The translations under genes and the position numbers were made by a program. From NCBI GenBank assembly GCA_963784355.1, contig CAWAQU010000007.1, positions 64,001 to 128,000 on the forward strand: a stretch of DNA of 64,000 bases, written 5' to 3'. This stretch comes from an uncultured bacterium. GTDB lineage: Bacteria; Patescibacteriota; JACMRA01. Below are positions 50,847 through 61,142 of the stretch, one piece after another. Each line of letters begins with the position of its first letter. Position 1 is the first letter of the stretch. The notes below the pieces were generated by a model. The model worked only from the letters and a program-made list of their open reading frames with translations, made no database searches and was not told the DNA's origin.

Positions 50847-52169
50847 ATGAACTTAATTTCTGATCTTACTAAACAAGAATATAATAAGCAAAAAAATACC
50901 CTAAACTTAATTGCCTCTGAAAATTACCCTTCACCTAAAGTTTTAAAGTTATTAGGATCTGTATGGAGCAATAAATATGGAGAAGGCTATCCCGGTAAGC
51001 GTTATTATGCTGGAAATCAATTCACTGATGAGCTAGAGACTTTTGTACAAAACAAAGCATTGGAAGTATTTGATACAACGGGTGAGTATGGAGTAAATGT
51101 ACAAGTGTTGTCAGGTACTCCTGCAAACATCATGGTTTTTCTATCCGTGCTTAATTATGGAGATACGGTACTTTCCCTAAGTACTGATAATGGTGGACAT
51201 ATTTCACATATGCACAAAACTAGTCGCTGGCTAAAATTTTTTAAACTTGTAAATTATGATTTAAAGAAAATTGTTGCAAATACTTTTGAGATTGATGTTG
51301 AAGATTTTAAGAAAAAAGTGCTTGAGCACAAACCAAGACTAGTTATAATTGGCTGTTCTGGATATCCAAGAAAATATGAATTTGCTGAGATGACTAAGTT
51401 TGCCCATGAAAATGGTTGTTTGGTTCTTGCGGATATTGCTCATATTAATGGGCTAGTGGCTACTGGATTGCACGATACTCCATTTAAGAAAGGTATTGAA
51501 GGAGCAGATTTTGTTAGCATGACAACTCACAAGACTTTAAGAGGACCTAGAGGAGCAATTATTTTTGCTAAAAATTATATGCCAGAATATGCTAATTTAA
51601 CAGAATTAGAGCTACAAACGTCGTCAAAAACTAGACAAGCAAGTAGTTTGATTGAGGTGATTGATAGAACTATTTTTCCAGGAAGTTCAGGCGGTCCTCA
51701 TTTTCATCAGATTGCTGCAACAGGTCAGTGTTTGATGGAAATTTTGGGTGAAGATAATTATCCTGACAATCAAGATTTTAAAACATATTCTGAAAATGTA
51801 ATTAAAAATTGTAAAATTCTGGAAAATACTTTAGCTGATCAAGGTCTACAAATCATAAGTCCGACACAGAATCACCTATGTATGGTCAAATTACCTCTGG
51901 AAATGGATAGCCTAAGTGTACAACAAAAACTTGAAAATATAGGAGTCATTACCAACCGAAACACATTACCTTTTGATGATAAAACAGCTTGGAAACCTGG
52001 TGGTCTGCGTCTTGGTAGTCCGGCACTTACAAGTAGAGGTTTGACTGAAAACGGGGCATTCGAATTAGGCAAAATTATTTCGGATTCTGTGTTTGACAGG
52101 GTAGGTGAAGTTGCACTTAAGACCAGAGTAGATGAATTAGCAGCTTGCTTGAATTGGTGGTATATCTAA
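50847..52169 (+). CDS. glyA: Serine hydroxymethyltransferase
   Basis: LIASEN, EGYPGKRYY, GGHISH, TTHKTLRGPRG. Confidence 0.95.
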   Translation: MNLISDLTKQEYNKQKNTLNLIASENYPSPKVLKLLGSVWSNKYGEGYPGKRYYAGNQFTDELETFVQNKALEVFDTTGEYGVNVQVLSGTPANIMVFLSVLNYGDTVLSLSTDNGGHISHMHKTSRWLKFFKLVNYDLKKIVANTFEIDVEDFKKKVLEHKPRLVIIGCSGYPRKYEFAEMTKFAHENGCLVLADIAHINGLVATGLHDTPFKKGIEGADFVSMTTHKTLRGPRGAIIFAKNYMPEYANLTELELQTSSKTRQASSLIEVIDRTIFPGSSGGPHFHQIAATGQCLMEILGEDNYPDNQDFKTYSENVIKNCKILENTLADQGLQIISPTQNHLCMVKLPLEMDSLSVQQKLENIGVITNRNTLPFDDKTAWKPGGLRLGSPALTSRGLTENGAFELGKIISDSVFDRVGEVALKTRVDELAACLNWWYI

Positions 52170-52185
52170 ACTTTGTGACTTTAAT

Positions 52186-53844
52186 ATGATTACTGAAAAA
52201 TTAAAGCGATCCAAACAACTAAGTCTAATTTTTAATGAATCTGCAGAAATTTTGGAAATATTTTCTTCCAGCGAAAAATATATTTTTGATATAAATGCAG
52301 TAGAAATACAAGAAATAAATCATTTTTTGGATACCTATTCCGGTCATATATTTGTATATGATTTGAAGGGTGTTTACAAAAAGCTTAAACCATTAAATAT
52401 ATATCTACCTAAAACTACTTTAGATGTAATGTTGGGGAGTTTTGTAGAAAATTCTTCATTTCCAATAGATCTTAATAAGTTGATTGAAAGAAAATTAGGC
52501 CAAGTAGCAATAGAAGATACACAGGCATTGATTAGTGATTCAAGTGAAAATGAAATAAGTGAAGTAGAGCTAATTTATACTTTAGGCAGTAAATTTTTGG
52601 AAGAGCTAGATGGAAAAAGATTGTATTTGTGGCAAAATATCGAGTCGCCGTTAGCAATTATTTTAGCTGAAATGGAGCTGAGAGGTGTTTACATAGATAG
52701 AGAAAAGCTTGTAGAAATAGCTAAAGAGCTGCGCAGGGAATGTAGTAATTTGGAATCAAAAATTTTGGCAGAATTTGCCGAACCGGGGTTAAATATTGGC
52801 TCTACAAAGCAATTATCCGAAGCTCTAATAAAAAAAGGATTTCAATTGGGTAAACCCGGATCTAAGGGCAACGTATCAACAGATAGAAATGTACTTGAAG
52901 AACTTGAAAAAACTGATGAAACAGGGCTAATCAGCATGATTCTGGAGTACAGAACAGTAAGTAAACTGCAGTCCACCTATACACAAACAATATTGGACGC
53001 TTTGGACGAAAATGATCGGTTACATGGGGTATATAATCAAGTTCAAGCTGCAACTGGCAGACTATCTTCAAATAGCCCAAACCTACAAAATATTCCTATA
53101 CGAAATCCAAAGTATGGCCCGCTATTTAGAAGTAGTTTTGCAGCACCTAGCGGTAGATTACTTATTAAAGCAGATTATTCACAAATAGAACTTAGACTCC
53201 TAGCTCATTTTAGCGGTGATGAGACTTTGATTGATGCTTTTAAGGCAAATCAGGATATTCATACCCGTACAGCTTCAGAAATTTTTGAGTTGCCGCTAGA
53301 TCAAGTAACTAAAGCCCAGCGTAGTTTAGGTAAAACTTTGAACTTTGCACTAGTTTATCAGCAAGGTGCTTTTGCTACAGCTCGCCAATTGGGTATTAAT
53401 CAAAAACAGGCTACAGAGTTTATAAATAAGTATTTTGCCAGATTTCCAAGGGTAAAACCGTTTATTGAAGAAAGTTTGGGAAAAGCCAAAGAAGTCGGAT
53501 ATGCCGAGACATTATATGGCCGTAGAAGATATTTTGCAAACCTAAACTCAACTAACGGGTTTGTGAGAAAGATTGATGAAAGGGCTTCTTTTAACGCGAT
53601 ACTTCAAGGTTCAAACGCAGATATTATAAAAATTGCCATGCTGAGTATCACACAAAAATTTAAAGAGCAAAACGTTGATGCTTTTATAATTTTGCAGGTG
53701 CATGATGAGTTAGTACTAGAGGTAGCGGAAAATCAAGCTGAGGAGGCTAGAAAAATCTTGATTACTGAAATGGAGCTAGGTCAACCATTAAAAGTACCTA
53801 TTTTGGTAGAGTCGGGAATTGGCAAAAACTGGGCTGAGTGTTAG
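52186..53844 (+). CDS. polA: Family A DNA polymerase lacking the 5'-3' nuclease domain
   Basis: TGRLSSNSPNLQNIP, ADYSQIELR, KTLNFALVY, LQVHDEL. Confidence 0.9.
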   Translation: MITEKLKRSKQLSLIFNESAEILEIFSSSEKYIFDINAVEIQEINHFLDTYSGHIFVYDLKGVYKKLKPLNIYLPKTTLDVMLGSFVENSSFPIDLNKLIERKLGQVAIEDTQALISDSSENEISEVELIYTLGSKFLEELDGKRLYLWQNIESPLAIILAEMELRGVYIDREKLVEIAKELRRECSNLESKILAEFAEPGLNIGSTKQLSEALIKKGFQLGKPGSKGNVSTDRNVLEELEKTDETGLISMILEYRTVSKLQSTYTQTILDALDENDRLHGVYNQVQAATGRLSSNSPNLQNIPIRNPKYGPLFRSSFAAPSGRLLIKADYSQIELRLLAHFSGDETLIDAFKANQDIHTRTASEIFELPLDQVTKAQRSLGKTLNFALVYQQGAFATARQLGINQKQATEFINKYFARFPRVKPFIEESLGKAKEVGYAETLYGRRRYFANLNSTNGFVRKIDERASFNAILQGSNADIIKIAMLSITQKFKEQNVDAFIILQVHDELVLEVAENQAEEARKILITEMELGQPLKVPILVESGIGKNWAEC

Positions 53845-53853
53845 GAGGAAGTT

Positions 53854-54428
53854 TTATTTTGTATAAATTTCAAACATTTTTTTTGCTTCATCCCTCTCTC
53901 CAGACTCATATTTTTGTATTAAGTTTCTCACTATTTCAGGATTTAAAGGTGCATTTGCAATTTCCTTCATGAAACTTTTTTGATCATTTGAATGAGTATG
54001 GGATTGATTTGGACCAACTGGCTGATTGTAATTATTTTTATGAAATTGATGAACAATAGTTGCTATCAATAATCCAGCAGCAGTAAACAATAAAGGACTC
54101 CAATCTTCATTTCCTTCATTGCTATTTGTATTGTAGCTTTCTTCAACCATGTTTAAACTTGATACTTCAATTTTCTGCAATTGTTTTTTTTGCTTAATTA
54201 TTGAGCTTTGCTTGATGACTTTTGGCTTTTCTGAAGATGGCGGTAATTCTGCCAGAGCTGAATCTTTATTTGTGGTATATCGTTGTGGAGTAGAATTATG
54301 TATATATGAATAACAGATAATAGCAGGAATAGTAACACCCGCCAATAATGGGATCCACGCTTTAAAATTTTCTGTTGGCCTTTTTCTTTTTTTCCTGCTT
54401 CAATTCTTTTTTCTAATCCCTCATGCAT
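53854..54428 (-). pseudogene. Two-TM hypothetical protein split by a frameshift in an A run
   Basis: The ATG 54428 frame joins the 53854-54345 frame if one A is added to GGAAAAAAAG. Confidence 0.5.
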
Positions 54429-54505
54429 AAATTTGTAGTAAAATATCCTAAATGATAAATATATACCACAATTGTTGCTTTATGTCAAACTATTTCTTTC
54501 GAGAT

Positions 54506-54856
54506 CTAAGTTTCAATATTTTGCTTTGCCTTGAGGTAATTATCTACTGATTCCTCATGATCTGCAGTGATATATCCTTCTTTTTTCAAATTATTAATAA
54601 TTGTTGCTGAATTTTTCTTACTAATATGATATTCAATTATTGTACTTGCTATAATTTCGCAGTATTTCTCTCTCACTAAGTCAGCATATTTTGCTTTGTC
54701 TTCTTCATTCGGTTTGATAAACTTAGAACTGCTATGAAGATTGATCAATTTTTTGTATTTCTCACATTCTGTGATTAATTTGCTCGTAATTACCTCTAGT
54801 TCATTTGTGTTTAGCTCTACTTTTGAACCGTAACCACTATTAAATTCATTTGTCAT
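54506..54856 (-). CDS. Hypothetical protein
   Basis: 116-aa ATG ORF. Confidence 0.55.
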   Translation of the reverse strand: MTNEFNSGYGSKVELNTNELEVITSKLITECEKYKKLINLHSSSKFIKPNEEDKAKYADLVREKYCEIIASTIIEYHISKKNSATIINNLKKEGYITADHEESVDNYLKAKQNIET

Positions 54857-54978
54857 ATATTTTAATTAGTATAAAATATTAAAATTTCGTCCACGGACTT
54901 TTCAAATAATAACAAAAAACTCCCCATTGTATAGGGAGAATTAAGGTTATAGCTATTAGCTAGTTGAAGATTTACAAA

Positions 54979-55227
54979 TTATTTTTGAGCTTCTGCAGGG
55001 TTAGTTTCCACTTTTTTAGATTTGTCACGTAATTCCTTAAGTAAATCCACCTCAGATAATTTTTTTTCTCTCTCAATTACAGACCTCTGTATTTTGGTGC
55101 CTACTTCTTCACTACCTGGATTCCCATCAAATGGAAATTTTACTTGTTCATTTTTTGATACTGATAGTATAACCTTTGATTCTTTGTTTGGTACTTTGGG
55201 TTTGTTAAAATTGCTTTCAAATGACAT
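54979..55227 (-). CDS. Hypothetical protein
   Basis: 82-aa ATG ORF; CTCCC/GGGAG hairpin terminator downstream at about 54913-54938. Confidence 0.55.
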   Translation of the reverse strand: MSFESNFNKPKVPNKESKVILSVSKNEQVKFPFDGNPGSEEVGTKIQRSVIEREKKLSEVDLLKELRDKSKKVETNPAEAQK

Positions 55228-55348
55228 AAAATTGTATTTTAATATTTAAAATTAATCTAACCTGAAAAAGTATTGGGAGCTTGTCAAGCAGACAATTTTG
55301 ACTCTATGGCAAAACTAGACCAGATCTAAAAACTGGAGTATTCTTAAA

Positions 55349-56674
55349 GTGATGCAATCAATTTTGAATTTACATATTGCCAATACGGGTTTTTTAACCA
55401 ACCTAAAATTGCAGCAGCTTACCATGATAAACTATTTGGTGGGTGAAAACGGTAGTGGTAAATCCCTGATTTTGAAATATATCTTAGAGAATAATAGAAA
55501 TTCAATACTAATTAAAGATTTTAGCAACAATCAAAACAGTAAAACTTTATCTCTAGAAACTCTAGAAAAAATCCAATTAGAAAATAATGATTATACGAAG
55601 TTAATTCGAATTTTACCCGAAATTGCCAATTTTTATGATCATGCCGGTCCAGAAAGAGGTGGCTTGGATAAATTAATTAAACTGTGTAAGCTTATATATC
55701 AGTTAAAAACCGAGCAAAACATAAGTATATTCTTAATTGAAGAACCCGAGACACATTTACATCCTAAATTGCAAAAAATTATCCCGACTCTTTTGTATAA
55801 ATTATCAAACGGCTTAAAAATACAGTTTTTTGTAGAGACTCATAGTCCTTTTGTAATTGTAGGCGGTACTCAAATTAATGCTAACCCAGAAGCGATTGAG
55901 ACAGTGAAATTATCACCAATTCAAAAAGTCTATTTTATCAAAAATGGTAGAATTGCAGATAAAAACGGTGATTATTCTGAAAAAGCAAAATATGGCTATT
56001 GGGGTAGTAAAGTCAGCTCACTTGCAGCCAAAATGCTTGGCACTGGGCTTCCTGATTTTATAAACTCCTTACAACCTCAGTATACTCCAGATTGTCCTGT
56101 TTTAGTACTTTGTGAAGGGCAGGGGAGTGATGAGGATGAGAGAATTTACAATACGGTATTTGATAATTATTTTCCCAAGGCCCTTTTTGTTTCTAGTAGG
56201 GGTACAGGGCAGCTTGATGCTAGTTTTCAATTATTACGAGAAGTTAAAAAAGGTTTATCCGCAAATTTTAAAATGCTTATGCTTAGAGATAGGGATCATG
56301 AATTTGCTACACAAGAGGATATTGTAAAATACCAACATAGTAGGCCGGGAGTTAAGGTACTACGAAGACGAGCTATAGAATGTTATCTTTATAATTCTGA
56401 AATTTTAAAATTAATCTATAAGCTACAAAAGCAAACATTAAATCAATCTTTTATTCAAGAAATGGATGATCTTAGTCAAAATATCCAGCTAGAGGCAGAA
56501 AATGGGATAAAAGGAGATGATTACAAGCAAAGGCTTAGGGATACATTTTTACATTTAATCTCACCATTAAAATTGAGTAGTGATTTTTATCTGGACTTAA
56601 ATATAAATCTTGCTAAGCTAATTACAAAAGAGACGCAGATTTATCAAGAACTTGAGAGCGTTATTTTTGACTAA
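55349..56674 (+). CDS. OLD-like ABC-type ATPase plus TOPRIM nuclease
   Basis: GENGSGKS, IEEPETHLHP, ETHS; TOPRIM-like LCEG...DRD...AIECYL. Confidence 0.75.
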   Translation: MMQSILNLHIANTGFLTNLKLQQLTMINYLVGENGSGKSLILKYILENNRNSILIKDFSNNQNSKTLSLETLEKIQLENNDYTKLIRILPEIANFYDHAGPERGGLDKLIKLCKLIYQLKTEQNISIFLIEEPETHLHPKLQKIIPTLLYKLSNGLKIQFFVETHSPFVIVGGTQINANPEAIETVKLSPIQKVYFIKNGRIADKNGDYSEKAKYGYWGSKVSSLAAKMLGTGLPDFINSLQPQYTPDCPVLVLCEGQGSDEDERIYNTVFDNYFPKALFVSSRGTGQLDASFQLLREVKKGLSANFKMLMLRDRDHEFATQEDIVKYQHSRPGVKVLRRRAIECYLYNSEILKLIYKLQKQTLNQSFIQEMDDLSQNIQLEAENGIKGDDYKQRLRDTFLHLISPLKLSSDFYLDLNINLAKLITKETQIYQELESVIFD

Positions 56675-56701
56675 AATCGCATAGTATTTTTTTATAAAGT
56701 C

Positions 56702-57130
56702 ATGGAAAACGATATCCAAGTAAAAATTATAGCTGAATTTGAGGCTTTAATGAATTGGGATGAAAAGTATGAAAAAATTATTGATATCGGAAAATCTCTG
56801 GAAAGACTAGGTGAGAAATATAGAATTGAGGCTAATAAGGTAAATGGATGTCAATCTAGAGTCTGGCTACATGTAGAAAAGCTTGATTCAGGCTTATTGC
56901 ATTTTGAAGCAGACAGCGATTCACTTTTAGTTCGGGGCTTAGTAGGGCTGATGATACAAATCTATAATGATCATACACCGGAAGAGATCTTGACTATTGA
57001 GCCTTATTTTATCGAAAAATTAGGTTTTAAACAACATTTATCTCCGACCAGATCCAACGGCCTTTTTGCTGTCTATAAAAAAATTAAATCTTACGCTCTA
57101 GCACTTAGCTATAAAGATTCCACAATATAA
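56702..57130 (+). CDS. sufE: SufE sulfur acceptor
   Basis: VNGCQSRVW, ADSDS, LSPTRSNG. Confidence 0.93.
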   Translation: MENDIQVKIIAEFEALMNWDEKYEKIIDIGKSLERLGEKYRIEANKVNGCQSRVWLHVEKLDSGLLHFEADSDSLLVRGLVGLMIQIYNDHTPEEILTIEPYFIEKLGFKQHLSPTRSNGLFAVYKKIKSYALALSYKDSTI

Positions 57131-57254
57131 GCTACTCACTGATTTGCAATTATTAGGGCGACAAAATAGCGCAATAGGTCTGCCGTAGCTTACTAATGCG
57201 CATTAAATTTAACACTAAATTTTGTTGTTCGGAAATTGAACTTTTATCTACCAA

Positions 57255-59612
57255 CTAACTTCCGAATTGACCGAAAAAACCTTTTGAGTTGTTTGAGCTA
57301 CTGTTACCTGTAGTTTTGGCTTTGCTTACAGACTCAATAGCTTTACTCATTTCTTCAGAAAAGTTGTCTATAATGATTGAGCTATTAATTTCTTCTATTG
57401 TAGCCGGTGCATCTTTCAATACTTCCGATAATACCTCCATTAATTCATTAATTGGCATGCTTTCTCCACTCTTAGCTTGAGTTTCAATCTGTTTAGCTAC
57501 ATCTTCTGGTCTCATTTGCTTTTCTAATGTAAAGTTAATCAGATTAAGCATTGTGTTTAATACAGAAGAAAGTTCTGGAGTGATAGTTTCAGTATCCACA
57601 ACCATTAATTTAATACCTTTGCTGTTGTATTGTAATGATGCTCTAATTTTTCCGAAGCCGGATGTTTTCACAACTTGTTCTAGTTTGAGTAGATATTTCG
57701 ACATATTATTTTTTAAATTATAGTTTATTTGATTGTTTATAGCTATTATTGGTTCTGCTTGATCTTTTTCAATATTATCAGATGTTGAATTAAAGTATAG
57801 TTTTTGAGAGTGTAATTTTGATAATAGCACGCTGGAATAATTGCCGGATTTTATCAAGTCATCTTCTTTTACCCAAGAAAGTTCACTCATTTCTTCTACT
57901 TTTGCTTCAACAACATAACCTAAATGTAATAAACTAGGGTCTTCGTCAAAACTGTTAGTTATTGCAGTTCCAATTTCATAGGTAGTTTTACCTGAGACAC
58001 CATATTTCTCGAAAAGTAATTCTTCAATTGCATCTTCGGGTCTAGTATTTTTTGGAAGTAAACCACCAGGTAGGGTGTAGCCTTGCTCTGTTTGCTCAAC
58101 TAATATTTCATTATTTTGGTTAAAAATTACAGAGTGAACGTGTTGTACAACTGTTTCCTTAATTTCAATAATAGGTTCTTGAGTTTGAGGAGTATTAATT
58201 TTGTCTAAAATATCCGTTAATTCCACAGGAGATAAATCCTCTTCTTGCCATACATTTTCATCTACTTCGTAAGCACTGCCTGTTAATTTGTAATGAGTTG
58301 TTTTATCCTGGTCATTAAAAATAATATCTATAACCTGATAAACTTTACTAAATTCTGCTTTGTCTGGATTTTTGACTTGTACTAATTCGCCAATTTGGAA
58401 TAGTGGTTCGGTATTTTGTGATTCTGTCATATTTTTTATTTCTGTTTGGTTTGGTATAAAATTATTTGTTGCATTTTCTTTCTGGTCTGTAGCTAGATTT
58501 GCATCAGTATCAGCTAAATCCATTTCTGTATCATCTCCCTCAGTTTCTTCAACTTCCTCTGTCTCAAAAACACTATTTTGTAAGTTTTCAAATTCATCGT
58601 TGCTTGCTTCGGTTTCAGGTTCATCTTCCAGCTCATCCTCCAATTCATCTAAATCGACTTGAGAATCTAATTGGTCGTCTGCATCCCCGTAAATATTTTC
58701 TGCTTCTTCGGAGTTATTTGTAGATAGTGTAGCAAAAGGATTTTCGTCATCTTTTTCTTCCTTTATTTGCTCAATTTTTGATTCACTTCCAGCAAAGTTT
58801 ACAGAATCAGTAGGCTTAGATTCCATTAATTTTTCATCCAAAACCCCATTAAATATTGATTGTATTTCAGATCCCTGTTTACTTATTTCTGTTTTAGGGG
58901 CTGACTCATCTCTGTCGCTCCATATTTGCCATTCCAAATCAGTTGGGAATAATAAAATATTACTATTTCTTCTAGGTACAATGACAAATCTAGAATTTAC
59001 AACTGTTTCCAAATCATAATCTTCGCTCATCTCTAAACCACTTCTAACCTCACCAGTTTCTACATCATACCAGTACTCAAAAGATTTTGGTCTTAAGTGA
59101 TGCTCGATTTTATTCCAGTTCATGCAGACGCCTTTTTCTTCAGCTAAAGTTTCACTGGCTCTGTAGCTACTACTGCTAATTAAACTACCTATATAATCAA
59201 TTTCATCGAGTTCGGATGTAGTGTTTCTAAGATCAATATATTCTTTAAAATCAGCTAGACCGAGACCAATTTTGCGATATTGAGTTACTATATTTTTAGC
59301 TTCTTCAGTAAAGTTGATTATTTCAAGTAAGCTATCTAATAATCTTACAGAAGTTTCCACAGTAGCTTGCAGGCTTAACTCATCAAGAGAATTATTTTGA
59401 TCTAAGTGTTTTGAGAGTACAATGTCTCCAAAAGGGGTTGCAGGTTTGCCGACAGCAGCCTGATTATTTAAAAGGCTAATTGTTTTTTCGCTAATTTTAA
59501 AAAAACCTTTTTCGACTAAATCTCTAAAGCGCTTTTCCCAATATAATTGTAATTCAGGTGTGTTTTCAGTCTTGGCAGCTGATTGTAGTATCTCATGCAT
59601 AGTTTCGGCCAT
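57255..59612 (-). CDS. Multidomain protein: degenerate RNR C-terminal barrel, acidic linker, SH3-like, degenerate Nudix, TSCPD-like
   Basis: YRKIGLG, YRASETLAEEKG, RRNSNILLFPT; YTLPGG..EDAIEELLFEKYGV; KTSGFGKI...INFTLEKQMRPEDVAKQI. Confidence 0.65.
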   Translation of the reverse strand: MAETMHEILQSAAKTENTPELQLYWEKRFRDLVEKGFFKISEKTISLLNNQAAVGKPATPFGDIVLSKHLDQNNSLDELSLQATVETSVRLLDSLLEIINFTEEAKNIVTQYRKIGLGLADFKEYIDLRNTTSELDEIDYIGSLISSSSYRASETLAEEKGVCMNWNKIEHHLRPKSFEYWYDVETGEVRSGLEMSEDYDLETVVNSRFVIVPRRNSNILLFPTDLEWQIWSDRDESAPKTEISKQGSEIQSIFNGVLDEKLMESKPTDSVNFAGSESKIEQIKEEKDDENPFATLSTNNSEEAENIYGDADDQLDSQVDLDELEDELEDEPETEASNDEFENLQNSVFETEEVEETEGDDTEMDLADTDANLATDQKENATNNFIPNQTEIKNMTESQNTEPLFQIGELVQVKNPDKAEFSKVYQVIDIIFNDQDKTTHYKLTGSAYEVDENVWQEEDLSPVELTDILDKINTPQTQEPIIEIKETVVQHVHSVIFNQNNEILVEQTEQGYTLPGGLLPKNTRPEDAIEELLFEKYGVSGKTTYEIGTAITNSFDEDPSLLHLGYVVEAKVEEMSELSWVKEDDLIKSGNYSSVLLSKLHSQKLYFNSTSDNIEKDQAEPIIAINNQINYNLKNNMSKYLLKLEQVVKTSGFGKIRASLQYNSKGIKLMVVDTETITPELSSVLNTMLNLINFTLEKQMRPEDVAKQIETQAKSGESMPINELMEVLSEVLKDAPATIEEINSSIIIDNFSEEMSKAIESVSKAKTTGNSSSNNSKGFFGQFGS

Positions 59613-59723
59613 AATGTATCTGGGAAATTTTTCTTATTTATACTATAAAGTATAGCATAGAAATTGTTGTTTGGCAAGAATTGACATAACTGGATTTATT
59701 CAATACTAATTACGGATACTAGT

Positions 59724-61127
59724 ATGCTTTCTGTATACCGGAAATACCTTTTTAGCATTTTTGCACTGTTTTTTGTAATTACAACACCTTTTCTGATTAT
59801 TTACTCATTAGGTTATAATTTGGATTTTGAAGATAATGGTTTACAAAACACTTTGAGCATAAATATTGAAACTTATCCTAGAGGGGTCCAGATTGTGAAC
59901 AACAAATTTAATATTGGAGCGTCACCCCTTGAGTTAAAAGCCTCAGATGGAGAAGCAGTTTCTTTAAAACTGGAGAAAAAAGATTATTTAGATGAAAATT
60001 TTACTTTGTGGAGTGAGGCAAACACAAACACAGCTGCTAAAATAACTAACTTGGGCATGTTGCCTATTAAATCAGATACCATTTTTGAACCGACAGATGA
60101 AATCGAAACTTATAATATAATTTCTCCTAATTTGCTATTGTTTAAAGCAAAAGATCAAAAATTTTACATACAGCATTACAATTTGGGTGGTTTGCAAGGT
60201 AAAAGAGATGAAATTAAAACAAATATACAGGCAGAACTGAATTTTGAAAATTTAAAGTGGGAGCAATTAAACGATTCACTATATTGGAATATTCAAGAAA
60301 ATTTACTTGTTTATAAGATAGAAAATGAATGGGCAATGGTTGATTTAAAAAATTATACTTTCAATATTAAATCGCTAGCTCCAACAGTGGATTATCAAAT
60401 TTTCATTTTAACAACCAATGGTGAGTTGTGGTCCCTTAATTTGCGTACTAACCAACTCGATTTCTTAGATAGTGGCTTTAATGGTCTCTACAAGGCTCAA
60501 GATCCGGATAATACATGGCTATGGAGGCAGGACAAAATTTACCGTTTTTCAAAGGACTATGTGGAACCTGAAAGTTTTTCATTCGAAAATGAATTATTTT
60601 CCCAAAATACTCAGCTTGAGGTCAAGGGGCTAGAAATAAATGATCCAAATTACTACACCTTTTCAGTCAGTAATGTTTTTCAAGGTTTGCTATTTAAAGT
60701 TGGCAGCTTTTTATATTATGTACCTGATTTTAATAAAAATGTATGGTATTCAGTTGCAAATGATGCAATTTCGATTGGAGTCAATAGTAATACAGTTTTT
60801 TGGTTTGATCATAACAAAACACTCTTTAGCTACAATTTCTTTTTGAAAGAGCAGGAAAATTTTGGGATTCTTGATGGTGTAGATGGAGATCTGGAGAAAG
60901 CAAAAATCTACTATTTTTATCCCTGGAGAAGAATTTTTATATATTCAGATACAAATGATGTAGTTTCTGTTTGGTTTGATAAAGATAATTTAAATAGAAA
61001 TATAGTTAAATACTCTAGGAACACTTGGGTTGATGATCAAAGATGTTTGCCAAAAGTGGTGGATCGTATACAATACTGTATCTCCGGTAAAAAACTTTTA
61101 GTTTATAAGAATACAAGCTTGTGGTAA
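59724..61127 (+). CDS. PEGA-like domain membrane-anchored protein
   Basis: TM + YSLGY, INIETYPRG..SP..LKLEKKDY, beta-rich C-terminus. Confidence 0.65.
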   Translation: MLSVYRKYLFSIFALFFVITTPFLIIYSLGYNLDFEDNGLQNTLSINIETYPRGVQIVNNKFNIGASPLELKASDGEAVSLKLEKKDYLDENFTLWSEANTNTAAKITNLGMLPIKSDTIFEPTDEIETYNIISPNLLLFKAKDQKFYIQHYNLGGLQGKRDEIKTNIQAELNFENLKWEQLNDSLYWNIQENLLVYKIENEWAMVDLKNYTFNIKSLAPTVDYQIFILTTNGELWSLNLRTNQLDFLDSGFNGLYKAQDPDNTWLWRQDKIYRFSKDYVEPESFSFENELFSQNTQLEVKGLEINDPNYYTFSVSNVFQGLLFKVGSFLYYVPDFNKNVWYSVANDAISIGVNSNTVFWFDHNKTLFSYNFFLKEQENFGILDGVDGDLEKAKIYYFYPWRRIFIYSDTNDVVSVWFDKDNLNRNIVKYSRNTWVDDQRCLPKVVDRIQYCISGKKLLVYKNTSLW

Positions 61128-61142
61128 TAGATTTTTTCTTAA

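Noticed and set aside
57130-57255. Possible structured RNA (AGCTAC...GTAGCT)
   Set aside because: Only a 6-bp closing stem, with no promoter or second copy seen.
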